Assembly: GCA_964490215.1 (NCBI GenBank)
Contig: CAZBAM010000001.1
Coordinates: forward strand, 130,962 to 194,961
Origin: Candidatus Micrarchaeota archaeon
Lineage (GTDB): Archaea; Micrarchaeota; Micrarchaeia; Anstonellales; Bilamarchaeaceae
Length of the DNA: 64,000 bases
Reading direction: 5' to 3'
This document shows positions 1-9,017 of the stretch, in pieces (positions within the stretch are counted from its first letter, which is position 1; each line of letters starts with the position of its first letter). The notes under the pieces are model-generated. The model did not search any database, had not been told where the DNA came from, and saw only the letters and a program-made list of their open reading frames with translations. Position numbers and translations under genes: made by a program.

Positions 1-139
1 CATTGAGATAGGGAAGCACCACGCAGCTGCCATCACGTTCTCCTTCTCGCCGTATTTGCTTGTGACTAGGACGACGCGGAGCGGGTAAAGGAGCCGGTAG
101 GGCTTTTCCGCGGCTCGCGGCACTGCGGTTGCCATGGGG

Positions 140-745
140 CTATACCTTCCTGATGGCGCAGCTGCTGGCCGGGTATTGCGGCCCGACGCCGACCACGAGC
201 GCGTTGGAGTAGTAGGACGACGACGTGCCTTCCTTCACGTATATTACAATGCCGTTTTTCAGCAGGGAGATGCAGTATTCTGCTGTGTGTGCGCCGTCGC
301 CGGCCACGCAGCCGTCGTCGCCCAGCGACAGGTATGAAACGTTCTTCCCGCCCATACCGCTGCTGCCTGCGAAGTCCACGCCGCACTGGAGGATGTTCCT
401 GCTGGCGTTGGCGTCCCTTACGCCGCGCACGTCCATGATGATGTAGACCTTGTCGGCCTGGTTGAATATGTCCTTGAACGTCTCAGCATCAACTGCCGCA
501 CCTGGATTGAAGGTGGTGGCAGCGCTGGTGACGAAATGCCATGCCATTGCGAGCACGAGCACGGCGAGGATGACGACGGCCCAGATTTTGGGGAGGTTGG
601 ATTTTTTAGCTTCAGGCTTTGGTGCGGCAATCGAAGGCTCGAGGTCTGGCTTGGACGTTTCTGACACGGCATTTGGTTCGGGGGCCGGCTTCGCAGTTCC
701 AGACCCAGGAGAAACCGCCGGCTTCGCTTTCTTCCTTGCCATCAC
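140..745 (-). CDS. hypothetical single-pass membrane protein: Lys/Pro/Ala-rich N-terminus, TM helix, extracytoplasmic Cys-containing domain with N-glycosylation sequons
   Basis: ORF MMARKKAKP... begins GTG-ATG directly after the intergenic repeat element. TM segment IWAVVILAVLVLAMAW present. No recognisable family. Confidence 0.45.
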   Translation of the reverse strand: MMARKKAKPAVSPGSGTAKPAPEPNAVSETSKPDLEPSIAAPKPEAKKSNLPKIWAVVILAVLVLAMAWHFVTSAATTFNPGAAVDAETFKDIFNQADKVYIIMDVRGVRDANASRNILQCGVDFAGSSGMGGKNVSYLSLGDDGCVAGDGAHTAEYCISLLKNGIVIYVKEGTSSSYYSNALVVGVGPQYPASSCAIRKV

Positions 746-899
746 AACAACCCAGGGTGCGCGGAAGCCTCAGTTTTCAAACTGACGAGGAGCGCACATT
801 CCATGGGCTTGCGCCCAAGAATCGGCTTCCGCCTAAAGCCCTTTTGTTTTTCCTCCATATTTATCATCGCAAGCCCAGGGCTTTAGCCCTGGGTTGTTG
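745..899. repeat. REP-like structured intergenic element, copy 1, with terminal inverted repeats CAACAACCCAGGG / CCCTGGGTTGTTG
   Basis: Fills the gap between the stop of ORF 903..3008 and the start of ORF 140..745. Contains hairpin CCCAGGGC-TTTA-GCCCTGGG, palindrome TCAGTTTTGAAAACTGA and a GGCGGAAGCC...GGCTTCCGC long-range pair. Second copy at 26779..26917. Confidence 0.6.
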
Positions 900-902
900 G
901 CA

Positions 903-3008
903 TCAACCGAAAAGCGCCACGAGCGGGCAGGACTTGTAGTAATCTGAATTGGCCCTTATCTCGGCCCTGCTCTGGTAGATGATGGAAAACTTCGGCGGAG
1001 CGTTATGCGGGGCGTATCCCAGCACGAATGAGGACGACTGGTTGGACGCCCGGTCAAGGCATTCGGCCACGGTCAGGCTGCTGTTGGCGCCCGCGGAGGT
1101 GCGCTCGGTGCAGGCGTTCGGGGTAATGGCGTACATGGTCCAGGTCTTGTTCGCCTGGGAGAACAGCGAGGAAAGGCTGCCGGCGCAGTTGTTCATTGAC
1201 TGCGCGTCGGAATAGGAGACGTTTCGCAGGTCCACCACGATGGAGGTTGAATTATGGGTATTGAAGTCCGAAAGGAATTCAGTGAGCGTGGCCGAGGCAG
1301 ATGTCTTGTCAAGGAAGAGGAAGAGGAACAGGCTGAATCCAAGGAACAGGACGACGCTGGAAACGAAAGCCGCGCCAAGCACGTACCTGCTCTGGGGTAT
1401 GTCCAGGGTGAACGAGACCAGGATGTAGAGGAAGAAAAGCAGCGACAACGAACTGAGGGACAGGAAGACGAGGGTGGAGAATCCGCCGAACGAGAGGAGG
1501 CCGTTGGCGGCTATTGACGGGCCATCGCCCAGTTTGGTTGCGATTGCGAACTTCGCTATGCCGCCGTTAACGCGCCTCGCGAAGCCCCTGAAGAGAAGCA
1601 CGGCCTTGCTCGCAGGCACGTCGCTTTCGCTCTTGAGAAGCTCCTGCGCATCTGCGCTCACGTTGGTGTAGTTGAGCCTGAGGGCAGTGAGCTGTGAGAC
1701 GGTGTAGCCGTCCCTGAAGGCTGCGTCAAGGTCCGCGGTCCTGTTTTGCAGCAGCCGGAAGGTCTCCAGGGCCCCTGGATCCAGGTCCTTCGTCTCCAGC
1801 AGGAGCATCACCGAATCTGCAGTGTTCTTGGCGTCCAGGGTGTCGTTGTAAGCGCCGAGAAGCTGGTTGGAGATGTTCTTTACGAGCTTGGTGAAATAGG
1901 TGTAATTCGCAAGGTCGGCCTCAATGTGGGTGAAAGTCCGGTCCGCTATGTCGTCCGGTATCGTGGCGTGGAGCGACATGAGCCGGTCCAGGGCGGCGTT
2001 GAGCGTGCCGTTCAGGACGTGCTTCTTTGCCTCCTTACCGAGCTCTATGGCTTCACTGCCGCTGGCGTTGAGGCCCCGGAACATGTCCGTGTAGTAGGCG
2101 GCCGTGGATTCGTTCTTGGCATAACCGAGCCTCGCAGCTGAATTGCCGGCTATCTGCTGGGAGAAGGAATTGAAGTTCTTGAGCGGCGCCACCTTGTTGC
2201 TGAGGGCTGTGGCCATGGCCTTTATCTGGTCTGCCGCGTCCTGGTCAAGGTCAAAGGAAGGGCAGATGGCGTAGCACCTGAGCTGGCAGTCCCTGCGGTC
2301 CGCGGTGTCGTTAAGGCGCGGGGTACGGAATATGGAACTCTCTATCTTGAGCGAGTCTGCCTTGAGGGTGCCTGCGGTGCCTTTTATATAGTCCATGGTG
2401 TCCGCGACATTGTCCTGGCTCAGGTTGGCGAGCCGTGAGGTGTAGTTGCCGAGTATCGCGTCCATCTCCAGGCTCGGCGGGGTGAAGTCCATGAGGGGCT
2501 GCATCAGGACGGTGCCGCTGCCCAGGTTGAGGCCCTGGCCATAGACCGAGAAGAGGAGCATCGCGACCTTGGTGCACGAGGTGTTGTTGCTGCATATGAT
2601 GGGCACGCCCATGACCTGGACCTTGCCGTTGGAGAGGAGGACGTCGTCCCTGCACACGTATTCCTCCTTGTTCTTGAAGTCGTACCCGTTGTTCCTGCTG
2701 TCGTTGAAGCGCTTTATGGCCGCGCTCAGGTTGGCGAGCTCGTCCGCGCTGGGATAATACGTCATGGAATAATACCGGAACAGGGCCGGCGCGATGTCGC
2801 TCTGGTTCCTGAGCGGCTCGTCGTTCTGCAGCAGGAACGTATTGACGCCGTTAAACGCCACAAGCGAGTAGTTGTCCCCGTCAAGCGTGAAATTCGTATA
2901 GGCGACCGTGACGTTCTTCTCGGTCGGATAGATATAGCTGCTGAGGTTGAATGCCGACAGCAGCCCTGCGAGTAACAGTGCCATGAAGGCGGTCTTGAGG
3001 GAGGCCAT
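903..3008 (-). CDS. large secreted/surface glycoprotein: signal peptide, >25 N-glycosylation sequons, two internal TM helices, Cys-rich C-terminal domain
   Basis: 701-aa ORF with N-terminal hydrophobic signal MASLKTAFMALLLAGLLSA, dense NxS/T sequons, a hydrophobic pair around aa 490-560 and 6 Cys in the tail. No family assignment. Confidence 0.5.
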   Translation of the reverse strand: MASLKTAFMALLLAGLLSAFNLSSYIYPTEKNVTVAYTNFTLDGDNYSLVAFNGVNTFLLQNDEPLRNQSDIAPALFRYYSMTYYPSADELANLSAAIKRFNDSRNNGYDFKNKEEYVCRDDVLLSNGKVQVMGVPIICSNNTSCTKVAMLLFSVYGQGLNLGSGTVLMQPLMDFTPPSLEMDAILGNYTSRLANLSQDNVADTMDYIKGTAGTLKADSLKIESSIFRTPRLNDTADRRDCQLRCYAICPSFDLDQDAADQIKAMATALSNKVAPLKNFNSFSQQIAGNSAARLGYAKNESTAAYYTDMFRGLNASGSEAIELGKEAKKHVLNGTLNAALDRLMSLHATIPDDIADRTFTHIEADLANYTYFTKLVKNISNQLLGAYNDTLDAKNTADSVMLLLETKDLDPGALETFRLLQNRTADLDAAFRDGYTVSQLTALRLNYTNVSADAQELLKSESDVPASKAVLLFRGFARRVNGGIAKFAIATKLGDGPSIAANGLLSFGGFSTLVFLSLSSLSLLFFLYILVSFTLDIPQSRYVLGAAFVSSVVLFLGFSLFLFLFLDKTSASATLTEFLSDFNTHNSTSIVVDLRNVSYSDAQSMNNCAGSLSSLFSQANKTWTMYAITPNACTERTSAGANSSLTVAECLDRASNQSSSFVLGYAPHNAPPKFSIIYQSRAEIRANSDYYKSCPLVALFG

Positions 3009-3160
3009 TAATAGGGATAGGAGGACATGCTTTAAATATTTTGTGCCTTCGGCGCGCGGCCGGGACGGCAGGCTGCAGCGCGTTCAGCGGACGCAGCGGG
3101 CGCCAGTGGCGCTTTTACCGCCCGCAAGTTCATCGCGCGCGCTTTTGCCTTCGGCGATTT

Positions 3161-4147
3161 TTACCGCTCGCGATTTATGACATACCCGGCGATGGAAACC
3201 AGTGATGCCTTGTCCACGGACTCGGGAAGCCGGGCGAGCGATTTCACGGCTTTGGCGACCAGCGCCTGCGCCCGCTTCCGGGCGTATTCCACTGAGCCGT
3301 GCTTCGTGAGCAGGGAAACTGCCTCGGCGATTTCACCCTTTTCCCTGGAATGGGAGGCGAGAATCTCCATGAGGCGCCTGCGGTCGGCCTCCGGGGCCCT
3401 GGAAAGGCAATGGACCACCATCAGCGTCCTCTTGCCCTCTGATATGTCGCCGCCTATCTCCTTCTGGTATTTCCCGAAATCGCCGGTGACGTTCAGCACG
3501 TCGTCCTGCATCTGGAACGCGGCGCCGATGCCCTCGCCGTAGCCGCGCAGCGCGGTCCTCACGCGCCTGCCGGAGCCGGCAATGAACGCGCCAACCTCGC
3601 AGGAGAGGCCCATGAGCGCCGCAGTCTTGCCGCCTATCATTGCAAGGTATTCCGCCTCGCTGACGTCAAACCTGCCGTTGCGTATCCAGGCCAGCTCCAG
3701 GCCCTGGCCGTCCACCACGCGCTTGAAAGAGTCCGCATAAAGCTTCTGGAGGGCCATGTGCCGCGACGGCCTGAGCTTCATCGCGACCAGTTCCCGCCAC
3801 AGCAGGGTGTAAAGGGCATCGCCGGAGTTGAGCGCCATTGGCACGCCGTGCGAGACGTGGAGCGCCGGCTCGCCCCTGCGGAAGCGGGAGTCGTCCTCTA
3901 TGTCGTCATGGATGAGGGTGAAGTTGTGGAACATCTCTATTATGGCTGCAGGCTCCACTGCGGCTGCGTAATCTCCTCCCGCGGCACCGCAGGAAAGGAG
4001 GGAAAGGACCGGGCGTATCCGCTTTCCGCCTCGCCTGAGGAACGGCACCAGCAGGCCGTACACGTCTTTTTCTTCGCCGCCGAGGCGGCTTTCCATCAGC
4101 TCCTCAACCCGCTTCAGGTATGGGGCGATGTGGGAATATGAATCCAT
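3161..4147 (-). CDS. idsA: geranylgeranyl diphosphate synthase (short-chain polyprenyl synthase)
   Basis: First aspartate-rich motif LIHDDIEDD and second motif QMQDDVLN present; 328 aa typical length. Confidence 0.85.
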   Translation of the reverse strand: MDSYSHIAPYLKRVEELMESRLGGEEKDVYGLLVPFLRRGGKRIRPVLSLLSCGAAGGDYAAAVEPAAIIEMFHNFTLIHDDIEDDSRFRRGEPALHVSHGVPMALNSGDALYTLLWRELVAMKLRPSRHMALQKLYADSFKRVVDGQGLELAWIRNGRFDVSEAEYLAMIGGKTAALMGLSCEVGAFIAGSGRRVRTALRGYGEGIGAAFQMQDDVLNVTGDFGKYQKEIGGDISEGKRTLMVVHCLSRAPEADRRRLMEILASHSREKGEIAEAVSLLTKHGSVEYARKRAQALVAKAVKSLARLPESVDKASLVSIAGYVINRER

Positions 4148-4208
4148 GGAAGTGGTTTTGGCAGGCGATATTAAATAAGTTGCTGAACGGGCGCTTTAGA
4201 AAAACTAA

Positions 4209-4404
4209 GGCGCCCTGCCGGGCTAGTCTTGTTCTTGACTTCCGGGAACTGCGGTTCCCGGCTGTCGCGCTCCGGTGACTGCGGTCACCAGCTGTCGCGC
4301 TGCTGCGCAACATGCTGCGCAACATAGGGACGCCCTTTGGGCACAGGACCCACCATCCCTTCGGGATGGTTCCCCCGTGCCGGTTCTTGGAGGCATTTCT
4401 TATG
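4209..4404. repeat. left arm of an imperfect inverted-repeat pair; carries an ~85-nt insertion with palindromes GGGAAC-TGCG-GTTCCC, GGTGAC-TGCG-GTCACC and tandem repeats
   Basis: Matches the reverse complement of 5346..5454 over ~35+75 nt (GGCGCC(C/G)TGCCGGGCTAGTCTT... CCCTTTGGGCACAGGACCCACC...GGTTCCCCCGTGCCGGTTC(T/A)TGGAGGCATTTCTTATG). Internal hairpin ATCCC-TTCG-GGAT. Confidence 0.6.
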
Positions 4405-4461
4405 TGGTCTCTACAGAGCCGCTGAAAGCGCCGGGCAGCCGGAGCAGGTCTGGTGAGCGGG

Positions 4462-5373
4462 CTATTTTTTCCGGGCCGTGGGAATGGAATAATCGCCGCC
4501 CTTTTCGTAAATCACCTTGGGCTGGGCACGGACGATGCATCCGGCATAATATACGACGGCGAACACCAGGTACCGCCCTTCGCCGAGCGCGGTCACTGCG
4601 CGCCCCCTGGAATCCACAGGGACGAAAAAAGCCGACTTTATGTCGCTGTCCACCCTCTCAAGGAAGATTTTCGTCTCTGACCAGCCCTTCACCCCAAGCC
4701 CGGCCCAGCGCGGGTCCTGCGGAAGGCTGCGGACGAGGCTGACGAAGCCGTCCGCATTAAAGCTGCGCGTGCCTGGCTGCGGGACATTGTAGCGGTCGCT
4801 TTCCTTTTTGAATTTCAGGCTCACCTGCATTTCCCCTCTGCGCAGGTTCGTGGTGACGGAAAACGTGTCGCTTCCGTCCACCAGTGTGCAGCAATGTGCT
4901 CTGCCAACGCCCAGACCGAAGCGGCTTTCACTGACCTGATAGCAGGCCAAGGCGAGCTGCCTGAGTGGGACTCCCGGCCGGTCAACCTCCACGTCCACGT
5001 CCAGGACGCGTTCGGTTCTGGGGCCCATGCAGGGGATAACGGCTTCGGTCGTCATGTTTGCGGAATCAGGATTACGGAGAGATGAATTATCTGTAAGAGG
5101 CGCAGACCGGGCCAGCTCAATGGACGCCCTACCTGACGGCACCGCGGCTGAGCCTTTTGACGGAAGGAAAACGAGTGGAAGAACTGCCATTCCGGTGAAA
5201 ATAGCTTTGGCCAGGAGTGGAACGACCTGCCGGACACCGGCAGCTTTCTCGGAGCGAAACTCCAGCCTGACCGTCACGGCAGGTATATGTGGCGAAATGT
5301 ATAAAAAGAGTTGTTTTTTATGTAAAAATGGCTTTGTAGAAATCCCATAAGAAATGCCTCCATGAACCGGCAC
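4462..5373 (-). CDS. hypothetical protein enclosed by the inverted-repeat pair; start uncertain (possible internal starts near 5190 or 5055)
   Basis: 303-aa ORF; the most upstream Met lies inside the right repeat arm. Plausible signal-like segment MAVLPLVFLPSKGSAAV. No recognisable domain. Confidence 0.4.
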   Translation of the reverse strand: MPVHGGISYGISTKPFLHKKQLFLYISPHIPAVTVRLEFRSEKAAGVRQVVPLLAKAIFTGMAVLPLVFLPSKGSAAVPSGRASIELARSAPLTDNSSLRNPDSANMTTEAVIPCMGPRTERVLDVDVEVDRPGVPLRQLALACYQVSESRFGLGVGRAHCCTLVDGSDTFSVTTNLRRGEMQVSLKFKKESDRYNVPQPGTRSFNADGFVSLVRSLPQDPRWAGLGVKGWSETKIFLERVDSDIKSAFFVPVDSRGRAVTALGEGRYLVFAVVYYAGCIVRAQPKVIYEKGGDYSIPTARKK

Positions 5374-5454
5374 GGGGGAACCGTCCGCAGACGGTGGGTC
5401 CTGTGCCCAAAGGGACTCTAGAAGTTAGAAATAAGACTAGCCCGGCACGGCGCC
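5346..5454. repeat. right arm of the inverted-repeat pair
   Basis: Reverse complement aligns to 4209..4404. The central hairpin here is CCGTC-TGCG-GACGG versus ATCCC-TTCG-GGAT in the left arm, i.e. stems differ but remain complementary. Confidence 0.6.
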
Positions 5455-5557
5455 TGAGCCTTTCTACAGAGCCGTAAAAATTTGAAAATAGAAAATGGAA
5501 GGGCGGAAAATGGCAGGTGTCATAAAACTGCGGTTATGGCTGGAGGTATGGCTACGG

Positions 5558-5944
5558 TTATGACTGCAGTTTTGTCTTCTGCCGCGTTGCAGCGCTCAGC
5601 AGGATGCCGTTGTCTGCCGCAATCAGCCTCATCCTATCGGCCAGCTCGTCGGCAGTTTTCTGCTGCGCATCCCCTATCTTTCCGCCGGAGCCTACGTGGA
5701 GCATATTAGATACCGGGTTCCAGGTGGCCTTGCTAAGCGCCACGTAGGATTTACCGTCGGTCTCCGTATAGGCATAGGTACGGGTACTGGCATTGTAGAA
5801 GACTGTCATTTCAGTGGTGGACTTCCTGACGAGCTGGGTTCTGGCCACACGGGTAGCCTCCATGTCCATGACGTAGCCGTTCTTCTCCAGGAAATCGGCT
5901 GCTGCCATTGACAACTTGTTTTTATCATCAGCCATACTATGCAC
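5558..5944 (-). CDS. hypothetical small protein
   Basis: 128-aa ORF with protein-like composition; no family recognised. Confidence 0.35.
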   Translation of the reverse strand: MHSMADDKNKLSMAAADFLEKNGYVMDMEATRVARTQLVRKSTTEMTVFYNASTRTYAYTETDGKSYVALSKATWNPVSNMLHVGSGGKIGDAQQKTADELADRMRLIAADNGILLSAATRQKTKLQS

Positions 5945-6091
5945 CTCACAAATACTTAATGTATAACACCATATTGGGTATGAGAACTATTTAAACATAT
6001 GTGCCGCCGTATAAATCCAGCGCCGAAGTGGTTTTCCTGCGATTCCGGCTGGCACGGCGCTCAATACGGCGCTCAACACTGCGGTGAAAGA

Positions 6092-8350
6092 ATGAAAATC
6101 CTGATAACATCAGCCCTGCCTTACGTCAACAACGTCCCGCATCTCGGCAACATAATAGGGTGCGTGCTGTCCGCGGACGTGTTCGCCCGCTACTGCCGCT
6201 CCAGGGGGTACGAGTGCCTGTACGTGTGCGGGACGGACGAATACGGGACGGCGACCGAGATAAAGGCGCTTGAGGAGGGCGTGACGCCGAAGGAGATATG
6301 CGACAAGTACTACAAAATCCACAGCGACATCTACCGGTGGTTCGGGATACGGTTTGACATTTTCGGCAGGACGTCCACTGAGAAGCACACGCGGATAACC
6401 CAGGACATATTCCTGCGCCTGCACAGGAACGGCTACGTGGTGGAGGACGAGGCGGAGCAGTTCTACGACGAGAAGGCAGGCATGTTCCTCGCTGACCGTT
6501 ATATAGAGGGCACGTGCCCGCATTGCGGCTCCGGGAGCGCGCGCTCGGACCAGTGCGACCGGTGCGGCAAGCTGCTCCATCCGGGCGAGCTGATAGACCC
6601 TATAAGCAAGGTGACGAAGACGAAGCCGGTCATGAGGAGGACGAAGCACCTTTTCATCAACCTGCCAGGCATGGAGAAGGAGCTGGCGGCGTGGATAGCG
6701 AAGGAGTCGGCTGCGGGCTTCTGGTCGCAGAACACCGTGCGCATAGCGGAATCCTGGCTGCGCGAAGGGCTGAAGAGAAGGGCGATAACCCGCGACCTGA
6801 AATGGGGGGTGCCGGTCCCGCTTCCGGGCTACGAGAACAAGGTTTTTTACGTCTGGTTTGACGCCCCCATAGGATACGTCTCCATAACCGCGAACCTCAC
6901 GGAAGAGTGGCAAAAATGGTGGATGGACCCTGAAGGCGTGAGGCTTTACCAGTTCATGGGCAAGGACAACGTGCCGTTCCACGCTGTCATCTTCCCCTCC
7001 ACCCTTATGGGCACCAGGCAGGGCTGGACGCTCGTCCACCACCTGAGCACCACGGAGTTCCTCAACTACGAGGGAGGCAAGTTCTCCAAATCGCGGTCGG
7101 TCGGCGTGTTCGGCGACGACGCCATGAACTCCGGCATACCAGCGGACGTCTGGAGGTATTACCTGCTGGCGAACAGGCCTGAGCAGGCCGACACCAATTT
7201 CCTGTGGTATGATTTCGCGGACAAAAGCAACAACGAGCTGCTCGCGAACCTTGGCAACCTGGTGAACAGGACGCTCGTGTTCATAAAGAACAATTTCGGG
7301 GGGAAGGTGCCGCAGGCAGGCGCTGAAGGCGCCGCAGCGCTGAACGACGCGGACCTCGCCTTCATCGCAGGGCAGAAGACGCTGGCCGACGCGATAACCG
7401 CGGACCTGGAGAAGGTCAGGCTCAAGGACGCACTGCACCGCACGATGTCGCTGTCCAAGAACGCGAACAGGTATTTCCAGGACAACAAGCCATGGGAACT
7501 CGTCAAGACGGGGGACGGGGACCCGGCAACCGGCAGGGCGCGGGCCGCCGCAGTGCTTGGCGTGCTGGCGAACCAGGTGAAGGACCTTTCCATACTCATT
7601 GCGCCGCACCTGCCGGCTACCGCGGCTGCGATTGCAGGGCAGCTGAACGTGCAGGAGGGCAGGTGGGCGGAACTCGGAAAGCCGCTGCCAGCCGGGCATG
7701 AAATCGGCCAGCCAAGCCCGCTTTTCAGGAAGATAGAGCGGAAGGAGATTGAGGCGCTCAAGGCGAAGTTCGCCGGGAAGAAGGAGGGCGGGGCGGCTGG
7801 TGGAATCCAGGGCGTGCAGGACATCGGCATCCTTGACCTTGAGGTCGGCAGGATAATCGGCGTTGAAAAGCACCCGGACGCGGAGAAGCTGTTCGTGGAA
7901 AAGGTCCTGCTTTCTGACGGCGAAAGGCAGATAGTGTCCGGCCTCGCCGGGTATTACTTCCCTGAGGAGCTGGTGGGGAAGAAGGTCGTCATAGTGAAGA
8001 ACCTGAAGCCAGCGGTTCTCCGGGGCGTGGAGTCCAACGGCATGCTGCTCGCGGCCGAGGGCAGGGAGAGCATCCCGCCCGGAGTAGAGAAAGGCAAGGG
8101 CAGCGGGGGGAAGGGCAAGGGGCCTGAGAGCGGCGGGGTTGAAGTGATTTTCTGCGAGCGCAGCGAGGTGGGCGACAAGGTCGCGCAGAAGGGCGCGAAG
8201 CCGTCGCCTGCGAAACTCGTGACGTTTGACGAATTCAAAAGGGTAAAAATAGCGGTGAAGGATTTCGCGGTCGTATCCGGGGGGAAGCCGCTCGCGACGC
8301 AGGGCGAGGAGCTGAAGATGAAGAACGTGAAGGAAGGAGTCGTTGTGTAG
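6092..8350 (+). CDS. metG: methionyl-tRNA synthetase with C-terminal tRNA-binding (EMAP/Trbp111-like) domain
   Basis: Starts MKILITSALPYVNNVPHLGNIIG (HIGH-type motif); KFSKS motif present; Zn knuckle CPHCGS...CDRCG. RBS GGTGA 5-9 nt upstream of the ATG at 6092. Confidence 0.9.
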   Translation: MKILITSALPYVNNVPHLGNIIGCVLSADVFARYCRSRGYECLYVCGTDEYGTATEIKALEEGVTPKEICDKYYKIHSDIYRWFGIRFDIFGRTSTEKHTRITQDIFLRLHRNGYVVEDEAEQFYDEKAGMFLADRYIEGTCPHCGSGSARSDQCDRCGKLLHPGELIDPISKVTKTKPVMRRTKHLFINLPGMEKELAAWIAKESAAGFWSQNTVRIAESWLREGLKRRAITRDLKWGVPVPLPGYENKVFYVWFDAPIGYVSITANLTEEWQKWWMDPEGVRLYQFMGKDNVPFHAVIFPSTLMGTRQGWTLVHHLSTTEFLNYEGGKFSKSRSVGVFGDDAMNSGIPADVWRYYLLANRPEQADTNFLWYDFADKSNNELLANLGNLVNRTLVFIKNNFGGKVPQAGAEGAAALNDADLAFIAGQKTLADAITADLEKVRLKDALHRTMSLSKNANRYFQDNKPWELVKTGDGDPATGRARAAAVLGVLANQVKDLSILIAPHLPATAAAIAGQLNVQEGRWAELGKPLPAGHEIGQPSPLFRKIERKEIEALKAKFAGKKEGGAAGGIQGVQDIGILDLEVGRIIGVEKHPDAEKLFVEKVLLSDGERQIVSGLAGYYFPEELVGKKVVIVKNLKPAVLRGVESNGMLLAAEGRESIPPGVEKGKGSGGKGKGPESGGVEVIFCERSEVGDKVAQKGAKPSPAKLVTFDEFKRVKIAVKDFAVVSGGKPLATQGEELKMKNVKEGVVV

Positions 8351-8380
8351 GCGCCTTGCGCCACGCTTCCGGGGAATGCC

Positions 8381-9010
8381 ATGAAACCGCATCTGGCGAT
8401 TTTGTTCTTCATCGCAGGCACCACCGCCATGGTCCTGCTCTGGAGGGAAGAGCTGCTGCTTTTCGGCATCATGGGAGCCGCGTCAGCCCTGCTTCTTGCC
8501 ATGGACGGCTGGAAAAGGGCGAAGCATTTCCTCATCGCCACGCTCGTGGGCGGCGCGTGCGAGAACCTCGCAGTCGCCATGGGCGCGTGGCACTACGCGA
8601 ACGCTGGCTGGCTTTTCGCGCCCCTCTGGCTGCCAGTGGGATGGGGCATGGCAGCGGTCCTGATAGACGAGGCGTTCTCACGGAGCGCGCCTGCAAGGCC
8701 TTCGGGCTGGTCCGTGCTGCTGGCGTTCGCAGGCACCGCCGGCGCAGGCATGGCGTTCCGCAGCGAAATCTCCCTGCTGTTCCTGTTTGCCATCGCCACC
8801 GCAGGGCTGTTCCTCGCAGGCTATCACAGGAAGCAGGACGTCGTCCCGGGCGTCATGGCAGCGGTTTTCGGAACTGCGATGGAGACCGCGTGCATAATCG
8901 CGGGCGGCTGGCAGTATTCCGCCGCCATGTTCGGCACCCCGCTCTGGCTGCCGCTGTGCTGGTTCAACGCCTTCCTGATAATGAGAAGGGCGATGCACGC
9001 GGCTGATTAG
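8381..9010 (+). CDS. hypothetical polytopic membrane protein
   Basis: 209 aa with ~5 hydrophobic helices. The alternative overlapping frame 8356..9006 is Arg/His-rich junk. Confidence 0.45.
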   Translation: MKPHLAILFFIAGTTAMVLLWREELLLFGIMGAASALLLAMDGWKRAKHFLIATLVGGACENLAVAMGAWHYANAGWLFAPLWLPVGWGMAAVLIDEAFSRSAPARPSGWSVLLAFAGTAGAGMAFRSEISLLFLFAIATAGLFLAGYHRKQDVVPGVMAAVFGTAMETACIIAGGWQYSAAMFGTPLWLPLCWFNAFLIMRRAMHAAD

Positions 9011-9017
9011 GACGGCC

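Noticed and set aside
6110-8392. 760-aa ORF antisense to metG
   Set aside because: Arg/His/Pro/Leu-rich junk composition typical of antisense frames in high-GC DNA; metG on the + strand is unambiguous.
8356-9006. 216-aa Arg/His-rich ORF
   Set aside because: The alternative frame 8381..9010 gives a coherent multi-TM membrane protein.
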